Source: an uncultured Desulfurococcaceae archaeon
GTDB lineage: Archaea; Thermoproteota; Thermoprotei_A; Sulfolobales; NBVN01
Assembly (NCBI GenBank): GCA_964641155.1
Contig: CAZXJO010000001.1
Span: forward strand, 149,144 to 213,143
Direction of reading: 5' to 3'
DNA: 64,000 nt
Notes under the pieces: model-generated
The model's input: only the letters and a program-made list of their open reading frames with translations
What the model was told of the DNA's origin: nothing
The model's database searches: none
In this document: positions 9,633 through 18,449 of the stretch, in pieces
Layout of the letters: the number at the start of each line of letters is the position of its first letter
How positions within the stretch are numbered: the stretch's first letter is position 1
Position numbers and translations under genes: made by a program

Positions 9633-12600
9633 ATGGGCTTGAATCTGATGTGCAGGAAGGTGAAGATACTCTGTTCTTTGATGCTTCTGATCGCAACATT
9701 AACGCCCAGCATATCGTTAATCACTTCAGCAGAGGACTTCCGCCATAGCGCGTACTCCTACGAGTTCAGCCTGGACGTCCAGGTCAATTATTTGGTCGTG
9801 CTATCGAATGATACTGTAGCCGTACTCGGCTCAGCGAACGGTACATCCGTTATACAGCTCATAAACGTCTCGGAAACCTTCTCACCGAAAACGTTGTTCA
9901 CATATCCCTTAAGTGGGGAAGTGACGTCGTACGCCGTCGATGGGTTTCCGGCAATGTACATAGCGGTAGGTACCGACCTAGGTGAGGTTGTGGTGTTATC
10001 GATCGATAGGGGCAGGCTCTACGAGAAACTCCATTACATCCAAGGCGCCGACTTCTTCATAAACTCCGTCCACCTGCTCCGAGCACCCACGACGGTTAAG
10101 CTAGTTGCTTTAAGCACTAACAAGAAGCTACCTTCGGAGAAATACCTGTACGTGTTCGATATTAACTGTAAGGGCGTCTTAAGGATTGGCCCAACCGTCG
10201 GTAACATGAGCTACGCGTTGGAGGGCATCACACCCTACGCCCTCGCCCCAGTTAAGGTAGTAGATGATGGGAGCTATTATTATGACCCTTCTAAAGTATT
10301 CCTGACATATAGCGGTCTGACAGCATCATTGAACATCAGCGCAGTATACATCTACAACAATACCGAGTATCCTGCGGGCCGCTCATACCTAGAGGTGAGG
10401 TTATATAACGTTAGAACCAACTCGATCGTGTTCTCCTACAGTGCGAACTTAGGCAATGAAGGCTGGGGGGTAGTGTTGGTCCCGCTCGGATACATTGCAG
10501 AGGTAGTCCTCTACGACATCTACGGCCACGCTTACAGGCGTACGTTAAATCTGTCAGATGTGACGAGGCCGGAGATGATACAACTCAATTTTACATTAGC
10601 GTACAGACCGAACACTAAGGAGGCTACAGAGGTCATGCCCGCTAATATTAAGGTGTTGGATTTCAGTAAAGCCCCGGTGGAATACGAAATCATCACCGAC
10701 TTAAAATTCAGTAACTATACCGGCACACCGCTCTATATATTCAGCCCCTCAAAGATGAGGGGACCTGCCTACCTGTTAATGACGGAGCACCTCAACTACT
10801 TCAACATAACGTACCTTTACAAAAACCTAACCTTCGCAGACCTCATGTTCTACGATTACTTAGGATCCGATGGTGCGAAGGTGAAATACGTGGACGTTGA
10901 TGCGAGAGGTAAGTACATAGTAACCGCTTTGAGAGATAGCAGGGTCAAGATTTACGTGTACGACGAACTAAGTAAAACGTACCGGCTCGAGCAAGAATAC
11001 ATAGCAGTTGGTGAGCCACTAAATACTAAGTTAGCGCACGTTGATGGAAGGCCCTACTACGTGATATACACTACCGAAGGTCTCCAAATACTCTCGTTGG
11101 AACCCCTCCAACTACCTCTGCTGAGGTTCAACACCTCACTCACGTATAAAGTAGGGGGGATGAGGTTCGCTGATTCGTCCCTAGATCTCTCCCTCATAGC
11201 TATTGGTGGGGGTAATAGGTTAGTAATCGTCAAGAACCTCGATAAGTACTTGATGACCTACGGTTCCAGACCCCTGGATGTGGACGCTGTGAGACTCCCC
11301 GCACTTACATTAAACATACTGACCCCCAATTACACAGGGGTGGCTAATGCTAAGGTAGTGTTCACCTATGATAACGTAAGTAAGGAGTTCACAAGCGATG
11401 AATTCGGTATGTTGAAGCTTAGCAACATCTTCCCAGGCAAGTACTTAGTGTCTATCTATCCGCAAACGCCTCAATTAAGTCCCACAAACTTAACAGTTGA
11501 AGTCCCGAAAGCTCGGGAAGTTTCATATACGGTAGTACTCAACTACACCACATACCCTGTCCACATAATCCTTTCAGACGAATACGGCGGTGGTCCTCAA
11601 GTACCACTCGAAATATACCTAAACGGCAAGCTACTGGCGAGCGGGCTGTCAGCTGAGGAGTACATAATGGAGCTCCCGTACGGGTCCCATGACTTAACTG
11701 TAAGACCCGCACGTGCCTACACCTACTTCTACGAGGAAACATCCCTACCGGTGCTAGTGGACGGGCACCGCGTCTTATACTTGGTTTTGGAAAGGAAGGC
11801 GTATGGCGTAACCTTAAACATTGTGGATGAAGTTACTAAAGAACTAACCACTGATGAAGTTATACTCTCCATCGATGAATTAGGTTTTATAAGGGTGGTC
11901 AACGGCTCACTGACAGCTACTCTGAAGGCAGGTCGGCATGAGGTCAGAATAATGATACCGCCGCATCTTAGCGATAAGTACTGCCCTACGGAGACGTACA
12001 TCAACATCATGACAAATTCGACGTTCAATATAGAAGTACCTAGGAGGACTTACACGGTAGTATTCAAGCTACTAGATCGGGTGACGGGTGAGGATGTCCA
12101 AGGACTCTACGACATATACGTGAACGATGTGAGACTCGTAAGCGGTGTTGAGAACACCTTCAACCTAACACTACCCTACGGAACCCACTCGATCAGGACC
12201 CGCCCGCAACCACCCTACGACGCCATATATACTGAGACGGGTATGTCTTTAGTGGTCGACAGAGACTTAACCAGCATTGCAAGTGTTGATAGAATGACCT
12301 ATTCATTACTCATCAGGATCCTCGACATCATCTCTAAGGTTCCGATAACGCCGGTTAAGGTAATTATTAACGACACAGTTGTGAACTTACCTACTGGCAC
12401 GCATTCTTACACCATCTCCCTACAGTACGGAACCTACAGCATTAAGGTATTACCCGACGTGGGGTACGAAGACGTTTACGAAGAGTACGCAACGACCGTA
12501 AACCTAACTACGAACAGCATCGTTGACGCTGTCCTCAACAGAAAGAAATACAACCTAGCGTTGAATCTCTATGACGTATCGGCCGGACCTCTCCTAGGCC

Positions 12601-13175
12601 TATTCGATGTACTGGCGAACGATACTATGGTCGTTGGTGGTGTGCGAGACGCAGTTAACATAACACTGCCCTACGGCATCTACGTAGTGAAGGTGAAGCC
12701 CCAACTGCAGTATATGGTGTTGTATAAGGACTACGAAGCCACTGTCAAATTATTCGCGGATACCGTTATGAACGTACCGCTAAGTAGGAAATATTATACG
12801 CTAACACTGATGGTGAGGGATGATATGAACAACCCGGTCTTCGGTGCAGTCGTCACCTTGATAGACACCGTAACAGGCTCTATGGTGGCTAGAGGGGTAA
12901 CTGATAACAACGGTAGGTATTCAGCATCAACTTACTACGGATCATTCCAGTTAATTGTTAGTTATGGGGGCTTCAACGACTATGTGAAGTCCCTTGACCT
13001 GACCACGGACATCGCCGAACGAGTGGTGCTTCAACCCCAACCCATGACAATAATAATGAGGAACATGCCCCTAATAGTCATAGCGACCTTAATAGTCGTT
13101 AGTATGGTTGTTGTAGTGAAGTTGAGGGGTAAGATTGCTGAGAGGATTTACAGGAGCGAGCATTTCGAATTCTGA
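9633..13175 (+). CDS. large secreted/anchored surface protein: signal peptide, beta-propeller-like N-half, at least 7 tandem ~85-aa beta-sandwich repeats, C-terminal TM anchor
   Basis: N-terminal hydrophobic signal (KILCSLMLLIATLTPSISLITSAEDF). Repeats of the form Y.v.l.v.D..t..p......i.vN......g......l.LPYG.H.i...P. Many N-x-S/T sequons. C-terminus MPLIVIATLIVVSMVVVVKLRGK. Confidence 0.7.
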   Translation: MGLNLMCRKVKILCSLMLLIATLTPSISLITSAEDFRHSAYSYEFSLDVQVNYLVVLSNDTVAVLGSANGTSVIQLINVSETFSPKTLFTYPLSGEVTSYAVDGFPAMYIAVGTDLGEVVVLSIDRGRLYEKLHYIQGADFFINSVHLLRAPTTVKLVALSTNKKLPSEKYLYVFDINCKGVLRIGPTVGNMSYALEGITPYALAPVKVVDDGSYYYDPSKVFLTYSGLTASLNISAVYIYNNTEYPAGRSYLEVRLYNVRTNSIVFSYSANLGNEGWGVVLVPLGYIAEVVLYDIYGHAYRRTLNLSDVTRPEMIQLNFTLAYRPNTKEATEVMPANIKVLDFSKAPVEYEIITDLKFSNYTGTPLYIFSPSKMRGPAYLLMTEHLNYFNITYLYKNLTFADLMFYDYLGSDGAKVKYVDVDARGKYIVTALRDSRVKIYVYDELSKTYRLEQEYIAVGEPLNTKLAHVDGRPYYVIYTTEGLQILSLEPLQLPLLRFNTSLTYKVGGMRFADSSLDLSLIAIGGGNRLVIVKNLDKYLMTYGSRPLDVDAVRLPALTLNILTPNYTGVANAKVVFTYDNVSKEFTSDEFGMLKLSNIFPGKYLVSIYPQTPQLSPTNLTVEVPKAREVSYTVVLNYTTYPVHIILSDEYGGGPQVPLEIYLNGKLLASGLSAEEYIMELPYGSHDLTVRPARAYTYFYEETSLPVLVDGHRVLYLVLERKAYGVTLNIVDEVTKELTTDEVILSIDELGFIRVVNGSLTATLKAGRHEVRIMIPPHLSDKYCPTETYINIMTNSTFNIEVPRRTYTVVFKLLDRVTGEDVQGLYDIYVNDVRLVSGVENTFNLTLPYGTHSIRTRPQPPYDAIYTETGMSLVVDRDLTSIASVDRMTYSLLIRILDIISKVPITPVKVIINDTVVNLPTGTHSYTISLQYGTYSIKVLPDVGYEDVYEEYATTVNLTTNSIVDAVLNRKKYNLALNLYDVSAGPLLGLFDVLANDTMVVGGVRDAVNITLPYGIYVVKVKPQLQYMVLYKDYEATVKLFADTVMNVPLSRKYYTLTLMVRDDMNNPVFGAVVTLIDTVTGSMVARGVTDNNGRYSASTYYGSFQLIVSYGGFNDYVKSLDLTTDIAERVVLQPQPMTIIMRNMPLIVIATLIVVSMVVVVKLRGKIAERIYRSEHFEF

Positions 13176-13213
13176 GGTTGTTGTGCACCAATTTTAGGTC
13201 CAAGTACTACGGA

Positions 13214-13624
13214 TTACCTAATATAGATTTCTTTGGGAAGTCCGTCAACGTATATCACTTCGATTTTCGCCTCAATTTCTGCGGCAGAAAACAGGCTCAG
13301 CTCCTTCTTCACGTTTTCCAATGCAACCATCCTACTAGTTAAGTACTCGACGAAAGACTCCAGTGAAGCCAGTTCTTGCTCAGCTGTTGGCTTTATATAT
13401 ATCTTCACCCTCTTTAAGTTAACTACGTTACTAACATGCTGCTGACTTTGAGCCACACCGACCTTAGACAGCACTTCTCTTAAAGCCCTCTCATTTTCGA
13501 CCTCAACTTTTAAGGTTTCCATCCTCCTTAACAACTCGCCTAAGACCCTCTTAACATGTGTTATGTCTTCGTCTAGGGATGTCAACATTTCCTTGAAGCT
13601 GTTGAACTCCCTAACGTAAACCAC
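13214..13624 (-). CDS. hypothetical coiled-coil protein
   Basis: 136-aa ORF with heptad-rich N- and C-terminal segments. No recognisable catalytic motif. Confidence 0.4.
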   Translation of the reverse strand: MVYVREFNSFKEMLTSLDEDITHVKRVLGELLRRMETLKVEVENERALREVLSKVGVAQSQQHVSNVVNLKRVKIYIKPTAEQELASLESFVEYLTSRMVALENVKKELSLFSAAEIEAKIEVIYVDGLPKEIYIR

Positions 13625-13679
13625 TGGCTACACACTCAAGTAACCGATCCGGTTATGTAACTTTTAAAACTATGTGGGA

Positions 13680-13928
13680 CTACCTCAAATGCGTCGACAA
13701 CGAAACTATTTTAACATCTTCCCTTGCAGTTGACACTGTTATGAAGCCCCTGATTTCCAGAATCATTAAGTACTTGAGGAAGTCAGAATAGGTTATCTCA
13801 TATCTCTTCCTAAGCACGTCATACAGGTCTTTGTCTTTTACGGTTCCACCTCCATCACCTAAAGCCTCAAGTATCTCCGCCATTACGTTGGATGGAAGTG
13901 GGTTTACCTGACGCATATTTATCCACAC
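13680..13928 (-). CDS. small hypothetical protein (possible winged-helix fold)
   Basis: 82-aa ORF immediately downstream (same strand) of repeat copy B. The start is ambiguous: GTG 13928, ATG 13916 or ATG 13883. Confidence 0.35.
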   Translation of the reverse strand: MWINMRQVNPLPSNVMAEILEALGDGGGTVKDKDLYDVLRKRYEITYSDFLKYLMILEIRGFITVSTAREDVKIVSLSTHLR

Positions 13929-13969
13929 CCCCTAACACTTTTAACCTTACCCATAGTCACCAACAACCG

Positions 13970-14180
13970 TTCTGGTTTAGCTAGCTTTCATCCCTCCGTT
14001 TCATGGGAGGGCTTCCGCCGTGAATGGGTGGGGACGGCGCATTCATCCGGTACTTACCCACCCGAACCCATTCGGGCTTAGTCCCCACATACCGGACACA
14101 GATGTGAGGTACCCTCAAATCGATCATCAGTTACTGCGGTAAATAAGCTTTACACCATTACGGAAACGACTTCACTACCC
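13970..14180 (-). repeat. Copy B (most compact) of the 4-member intergenic structured element
   Basis: The minus strand reads GTAAAGCTTATTTACC (BRE/TATA-like) .. GAGGGTACCTCAC .. CCGGTA[..GCCCGAA-TGGG-TTCGGG..]TACCGG .. CCCTCC-CATGAAAC-GGAGGG-ATGAAAGC..AAACCAGAA. Nested hairpins can be seen directly. Confidence 0.65.
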
Positions 14181-14273
14181 TTACCTAACATCGAGGACTA
14201 ATTGACGTAGCCCGCTCAGAACTCCGTAAATCACGTTAAGGATATTTCCTTAATCTTACCGGCCGGTCAGCTC

Positions 14274-16520
14274 TTAAAGGTTGGGCGTGATGTGATACCT
14301 TGGTAGTCTCTGCCTGATCTTACCTGCCCAATCCTCGTAGAATTTAATCATTTGCTTAGTTAGTGATGGTTGCACGGATTTGAGAGCTTGGGTGAAGTCC
14401 TCAAACGTTACTAAGGAGGTATTTATGTCCCTCCTTAAAGCGTTCAACGCTGCCTCCCTCACCAATGCCTCTATGTCCGCCCCTGAAAAACCGTCTGTTA
14501 TGTCTGATATTCTCTCAATGTCTACGTCCTCTGCCAACGGCACCCTCCTCAGATGTACCCTGAGTATTTCCAACCTAGCCTTCCTATCGGGGGGTGGTAC
14601 ATATATTGTCCTGTCAAATCTCCCTGGTCTGAGCAAAACGGGGTCAACTAAATCAGGTCTGTTAGTCGCAGCTATTACCGATACGTTCCTGAGTTTTTCA
14701 ATGCTGTCTAACTCCGTGAGTAGCTGGCTTACTATCCTTTCGGTCACATGTGAGTCATCGGAAACCCCTCGCACCGGAGCTATAGAATCAATCTCATCCA
14801 AGAAAACTACTGAAGGCGCATATATCCTAGCCTTCTTGAAGATCTCCCTTATAGCCCTTTCAGACTCACCGACCCACTTACTGAGTATTTCAGGCCCCTT
14901 AATCGCTATGAAGTTAGCGCCAGATTCATTAGCTACTGCCTTAGCCAGCAAAGTCTTCCCACATCCAGGAGGGCCGTAGAGCAGAACACCCTTAGGTGGC
15001 TCAATACCCAACCTCTTAAAGCTATCTGGATACTTGAGCGGCCATTCCACTGCCTCCCTTAAATACTGCTTGGCTTCCTCTAAGCCACCGATATCCGACC
15101 ACCTGACCTCAGGCACCTCTATGTAGATTTCCCTGAGACCGCTTGGTATTACCTCATTTAACGCGCTTATGAAGTCATACATGAGGACCTCCATGGAGTC
15201 TAAGAGTTCGGTAGGTATTTCACCCCTGGAGAGGTCTATTTTAGGTAAGTACCTTCTCAGTGCGTTGAGGGCTGCTTCCCTAACTAGGGCGGCTATATCG
15301 GCGCCTGTGTAACCGTGTGTTGTCTCAGCAACCTTATTTAAGTCGACGTCCTTGCCGAGGGGCATGCTCCTGGTATGGATTTGAAGTATTTCAAACCTCC
15401 CCTGTTTATCGGGAAGTGGGACCTCGATCTCCCTATCAAACCTGCCGGGCCTCCTCAAAGCTGGGTCTAAGGCGTGAGGCCTGTTAGTTGCCCCAATAAC
15501 CACGACATCACCTCTGCTCTCCAAACCGTCCATCAACGCAAGTAGTTGCGCTACGACCCTCCTCTCAACCTCACCAACCACTTCATCCCTCTTAGGAGCT
15601 ATTGCATCTATCTCATCAATGAAAATCACTGACGGAGAATGCTTCTTAGCATCTTCGAATATTTCCCTCAACCTTGCCTCACTCTCCCCGTAGAACTTGC
15701 TCATAATCTCAGGACCGTTGATGGCTATGAAGTAAGCATCTATTTCATTAGCTACTGCCTTAGCCAGCAAAGTCTTCCCACATCCAGGAGGGCCGTAGAG
15801 CAGAACACCCTTAGGTGGCTCAATACCCAACCTCTTAAAAAGTTCTGGGTACTTTAACGGAAGCTCAACCAGTTCACGCATCCTCTCGATCACGTGCTTC
15901 ATACCGCCCACATCTTCGTAAGTCACCTTAGGGATCTTAGCGAATTCCGCCGGCCTCTCAAGGATGACAATTTTAGTTGTGTCCCTAACTACTACAGGTC
16001 CTGCAGGTTTCGTCTGAACGACAACGAAGGGTACTGACTGCCCTAATACCGGTATTAAGACGTTGTCACCTTCTAGGAGGGGGTAATCGATCAACCTCTT
16101 CAGGACGTAGCTAGCGAAGTTGCTGTCCGATGATATCGAGTAAGAGGGGGACGCCACCGCTAACCTAACCATGACTGCTTCCTTAGCATCAACCCTCCTC
16201 ACAACCACCTTATCCCCAATGCTTACACCAGCATTTCTCCTCGTAATACCGTCCATTCTTATGATCCCCTTCCCCTCATCTTCAGGGTAACTGGGCCATG
16301 CAACAGCTACTGTGGGTTTCTTACCGACGATTTCTACAACATCCCCCGCCTCAATGCCTAACTCCTTCATGAGGCTCAGATCTATTCTGACCCTATTCCT
16401 AGTCGCATCCTTCTGCTTAGCCTCAGCAACCCTTAAAACTATCTCCTTCCTGACTTTCTGCTGAGGTGCTGCGGGCTTCTCAGGACTATCGCCGCCAGGA
16501 TTGTCTGTGATATCACTCAC
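14274..16520 (-). CDS. cdc48: CDC48/VCP-like AAA+ ATPase (N domain plus D1 and D2)
   Basis: 748 aa with two AAA modules, each carrying [17 protein letters not shown] (Walker A) and [12 protein letters not shown] / [12 protein letters not shown] (Walker B). The N-terminal domain is double-psi-barrel-like. Confidence 0.95.
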   Translation of the reverse strand: MSDITDNPGGDSPEKPAAPQQKVRKEIVLRVAEAKQKDATRNRVRIDLSLMKELGIEAGDVVEIVGKKPTVAVAWPSYPEDEGKGIIRMDGITRRNAGVSIGDKVVVRRVDAKEAVMVRLAVASPSYSISSDSNFASYVLKRLIDYPLLEGDNVLIPVLGQSVPFVVVQTKPAGPVVVRDTTKIVILERPAEFAKIPKVTYEDVGGMKHVIERMRELVELPLKYPELFKRLGIEPPKGVLLYGPPGCGKTLLAKAVANEIDAYFIAINGPEIMSKFYGESEARLREIFEDAKKHSPSVIFIDEIDAIAPKRDEVVGEVERRVVAQLLALMDGLESRGDVVVIGATNRPHALDPALRRPGRFDREIEVPLPDKQGRFEILQIHTRSMPLGKDVDLNKVAETTHGYTGADIAALVREAALNALRRYLPKIDLSRGEIPTELLDSMEVLMYDFISALNEVIPSGLREIYIEVPEVRWSDIGGLEEAKQYLREAVEWPLKYPDSFKRLGIEPPKGVLLYGPPGCGKTLLAKAVANESGANFIAIKGPEILSKWVGESERAIREIFKKARIYAPSVVFLDEIDSIAPVRGVSDDSHVTERIVSQLLTELDSIEKLRNVSVIAATNRPDLVDPVLLRPGRFDRTIYVPPPDRKARLEILRVHLRRVPLAEDVDIERISDITDGFSGADIEALVREAALNALRRDINTSLVTFEDFTQALKSVQPSLTKQMIKFYEDWAGKIRQRLPRYHITPNL

Positions 16521-16767
16521 CCCTCTTCTAACGATACTACCGGCACAACAGTTTTAAACTCCCAGGATAATTGTCGGGTTTTGAAATGTTTTAAACTGTT
16601 ATGATGTAAGTTTAAGCACCTTAATCATTAACCTATTTTGACCGGCCCGGAACTCCAAGCACGGACCTCGCCACACCTCAAAGGCAAATACCTAAGCCTC
16701 AACTTAGGCTAGGGCTTGCAGAACAAGTGAACCTCGTCCTCGGCCCCATCAGCTAGGTAAGAAGACT

Positions 16768-17049
16768 TTAACTTATGTCCGTTCTAGTGAGTAGCTCGGT
16801 CTCCACGCTTTCAACACCATTTAAACCCCTTATGATGCCTTCAACCTCCTCAGTACCACCTTCAACGTCCTCAGGCATTAGTAAGTAGAGTCTAAGGACG
16901 TGAAGCCCAAATGCCACATACACCTTCTCACTTTTAACTAGCTCGTATTTAGAAGGTAACACCTTCTTCAGGTCGGCAACTACACCATCTAAATCGACGT
17001 CTACGTCTTTAGGGTAAACCTTAAGAACAGCTAATATCTTAGCCGTAAT
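16768..17049 (-). CDS. translation elongation factor aEF-1 beta (start codon non-canonical or uncertain)
   Basis: In-frame translation ..AKILAVLKVYPKDVDVDLDGVVADLKKVLPSKYELVKSEKVYVAFGLHVLRLYLLMPEDVEGGTEEVEGIIRGLNGVESVETELLTR matches the aEF-1beta pattern (VlkVmP..vdld.., iAFGl.al.., egGtd..ee.l..i.GV). The track ORF (GTG 16962) removes the conserved N-terminal strand. Confidence 0.8.
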   Translation of the reverse strand: MTAKILAVLKVYPKDVDVDLDGVVADLKKVLPSKYELVKSEKVYVAFGLHVLRLYLLMPEDVEGGTEEVEGIIRGLNGVESVETELLTRTDIS

Positions 17050-17057
17050 GCATCACC

Positions 17058-17279
17058 TCAAGGTCCTTCGAAACCGCATTTCGGACAAACGTATTTGACG
17101 TTAAACTCCCTGCACATCCTGCAACGCCATATAGTCACTGACCCACAATTAGGGCATAGAAACTTAATACCCTTCTCCAAAGGTGATACTAACTTGCCGC
17201 AACTACTGCATATTGGCGGTGTCGAAGACTCCACTATCACAGGTCCCTTACTACTGGGATGTACTTCTGACTCCATCAT
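17058..17279 (-). CDS. Zn-ribbon protein (COG2888-type, usual upstream partner of aEF-1beta)
   Basis: 73 aa with four CxxC pairs (CSSCGK, CPNCGS, CRMCRE, CPKCGF). Sits directly upstream of aEF-1beta, which I recall as the usual archaeal arrangement. Confidence 0.7.
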   Translation of the reverse strand: MMESEVHPSSKGPVIVESSTPPICSSCGKLVSPLEKGIKFLCPNCGSVTIWRCRMCREFNVKYVCPKCGFEGP

Positions 17280-17393
17280 GGGTGACCAGTACTAGTATCT
17301 CATAGCCGAGTTTAAAAATATGACATCCGCCATCGCAACATCAACTTTTAAGAGGTTTTAAACTCCTGTACAATATCATTGATGGAATCCGAA

Positions 17394-18446
17394 GTGGGTG
17401 TTAACTTAAGGGACCTAATACCTGATAATGTTGTTAAAGCTGTCAATGATTTGAGGGAATTCCACGGGAAAGTCATAGCCATAGATGCCTATAACGCGTT
17501 ATATCAATTCTTAACGGCTATTAGGCAGCCGGATGGAACACCGCTAATGGATTCGAGGGGGAGGGTGACAAGTCACTTAAGCGGTCTGTTCTACAGGACT
17601 ATAAACCTGATGGAAGCATGTATAAAACCCATATACGTATTTGATGGGAAACCGCCCGAGTTGAAATCCAAGGAGATCGCTCAGAGGTCTTTAGTTAGGA
17701 GTGAGGCCTCAGCTAAGTATAAGGAGGCCTTAGAACGTGGTGACTTGGAATCGGCATATAGATACGCCCAAATCTCCTCCAAACTCACTAACGAGATGGT
17801 TGAGGAGGCGAAGAAATTGCTGGAGTACATGGGTATCCCCTACGTTCAAGCACCTTCCGAAGGTGAAGCGCAGGCCGCCTACATGACATTAAAGAACTTG
17901 TCGTGGTCAACAGCTAGCCAGGACTACGACTCAATACTCTTCGGGTCCCCCAGACTTGTGAGGAACTTAACCATTTCAGGTAAGCGTAAATTGCCTAAGA
18001 AAGACATCTACGTTGAGGTCAAGCCGGAGGTCTTAGAACTTAACACCCTGCTAAACGCCTTATCCATAACCAGGGAGCAGTTAATAGACATAGCAATACT
18101 ATTAGGTACCGACTACAACCCAGACGGTGTCAAAGGGGTAGGCCCTAAAACAGCATTGAAACTCATCAAGACCTACGGCTCCCTGGAGAAAGCCCTTAAG
18201 GCCTTACCTGACGCTCAATTCCCCGTAGATCCTTTTAAAATCAAGGAATTCTTCCTGAACCCCCCAGTAACTGATGTGTCCGGGGTTGAGTGGGTTGAAC
18301 CTGATGTAAGACTGATCAAGGAGTTCCTAGTAACTCAACACGACTTCTCCGATGAGAGAGTGATGTCCGCGTTGGAGAGGTTGAAGAAGGCGTTCAAAGA
18401 CTGCGTTAAGTCGAGAGCTAAGGGCCTTGACGCATGGATCAAGTAA
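17394..18446 (+). CDS. fen: flap endonuclease FEN-1
   Basis: (M)[10 protein letters not shown]-terminus, [12 protein letters not shown], the YVFDG.PP..K motif, GEAQAAY, and the H3TH motif [17 protein letters not shown] chose the GTG at 17394 because FEN-1 proteins begin MG(V/A)., and the TATA-like TTTTAAA at 17356-17362 places the transcription start after the upstream TTG/ATG. Confidence 0.9.
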   Translation: MGVNLRDLIPDNVVKAVNDLREFHGKVIAIDAYNALYQFLTAIRQPDGTPLMDSRGRVTSHLSGLFYRTINLMEACIKPIYVFDGKPPELKSKEIAQRSLVRSEASAKYKEALERGDLESAYRYAQISSKLTNEMVEEAKKLLEYMGIPYVQAPSEGEAQAAYMTLKNLSWSTASQDYDSILFGSPRLVRNLTISGKRKLPKKDIYVEVKPEVLELNTLLNALSITREQLIDIAILLGTDYNPDGVKGVGPKTALKLIKTYGSLEKALKALPDAQFPVDPFKIKEFFLNPPVTDVSGVEWVEPDVRLIKEFLVTQHDFSDERVMSALERLKKAFKDCVKSRAKGLDAWIK

Positions 18447-18449
18447 AGC

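Noticed and set aside
14380-14979. 199-aa plus-strand ORF, and similar long antisense ORFs (e.g. 54452-55231, 35987-36472, 50979-51371, 56026-56418, 57156-57602, 40073-40462)
   Set aside because: All lie antisense to genes with unambiguous family motifs. They have Ser/Thr/Leu-rich low-complexity translations typical of shadow frames.
17262-17396. Identical MMESEV N-termini on the divergent ORFs 17058-17279 (minus) and 17379-18446 (plus)
   Set aside because: The codons differ, so this is not a DNA inverted repeat. FEN-1 almost certainly starts at the GTG at 17394 (MGVNLRDL), so the second MMESEV is probably not translated. I treat it as coincidence.
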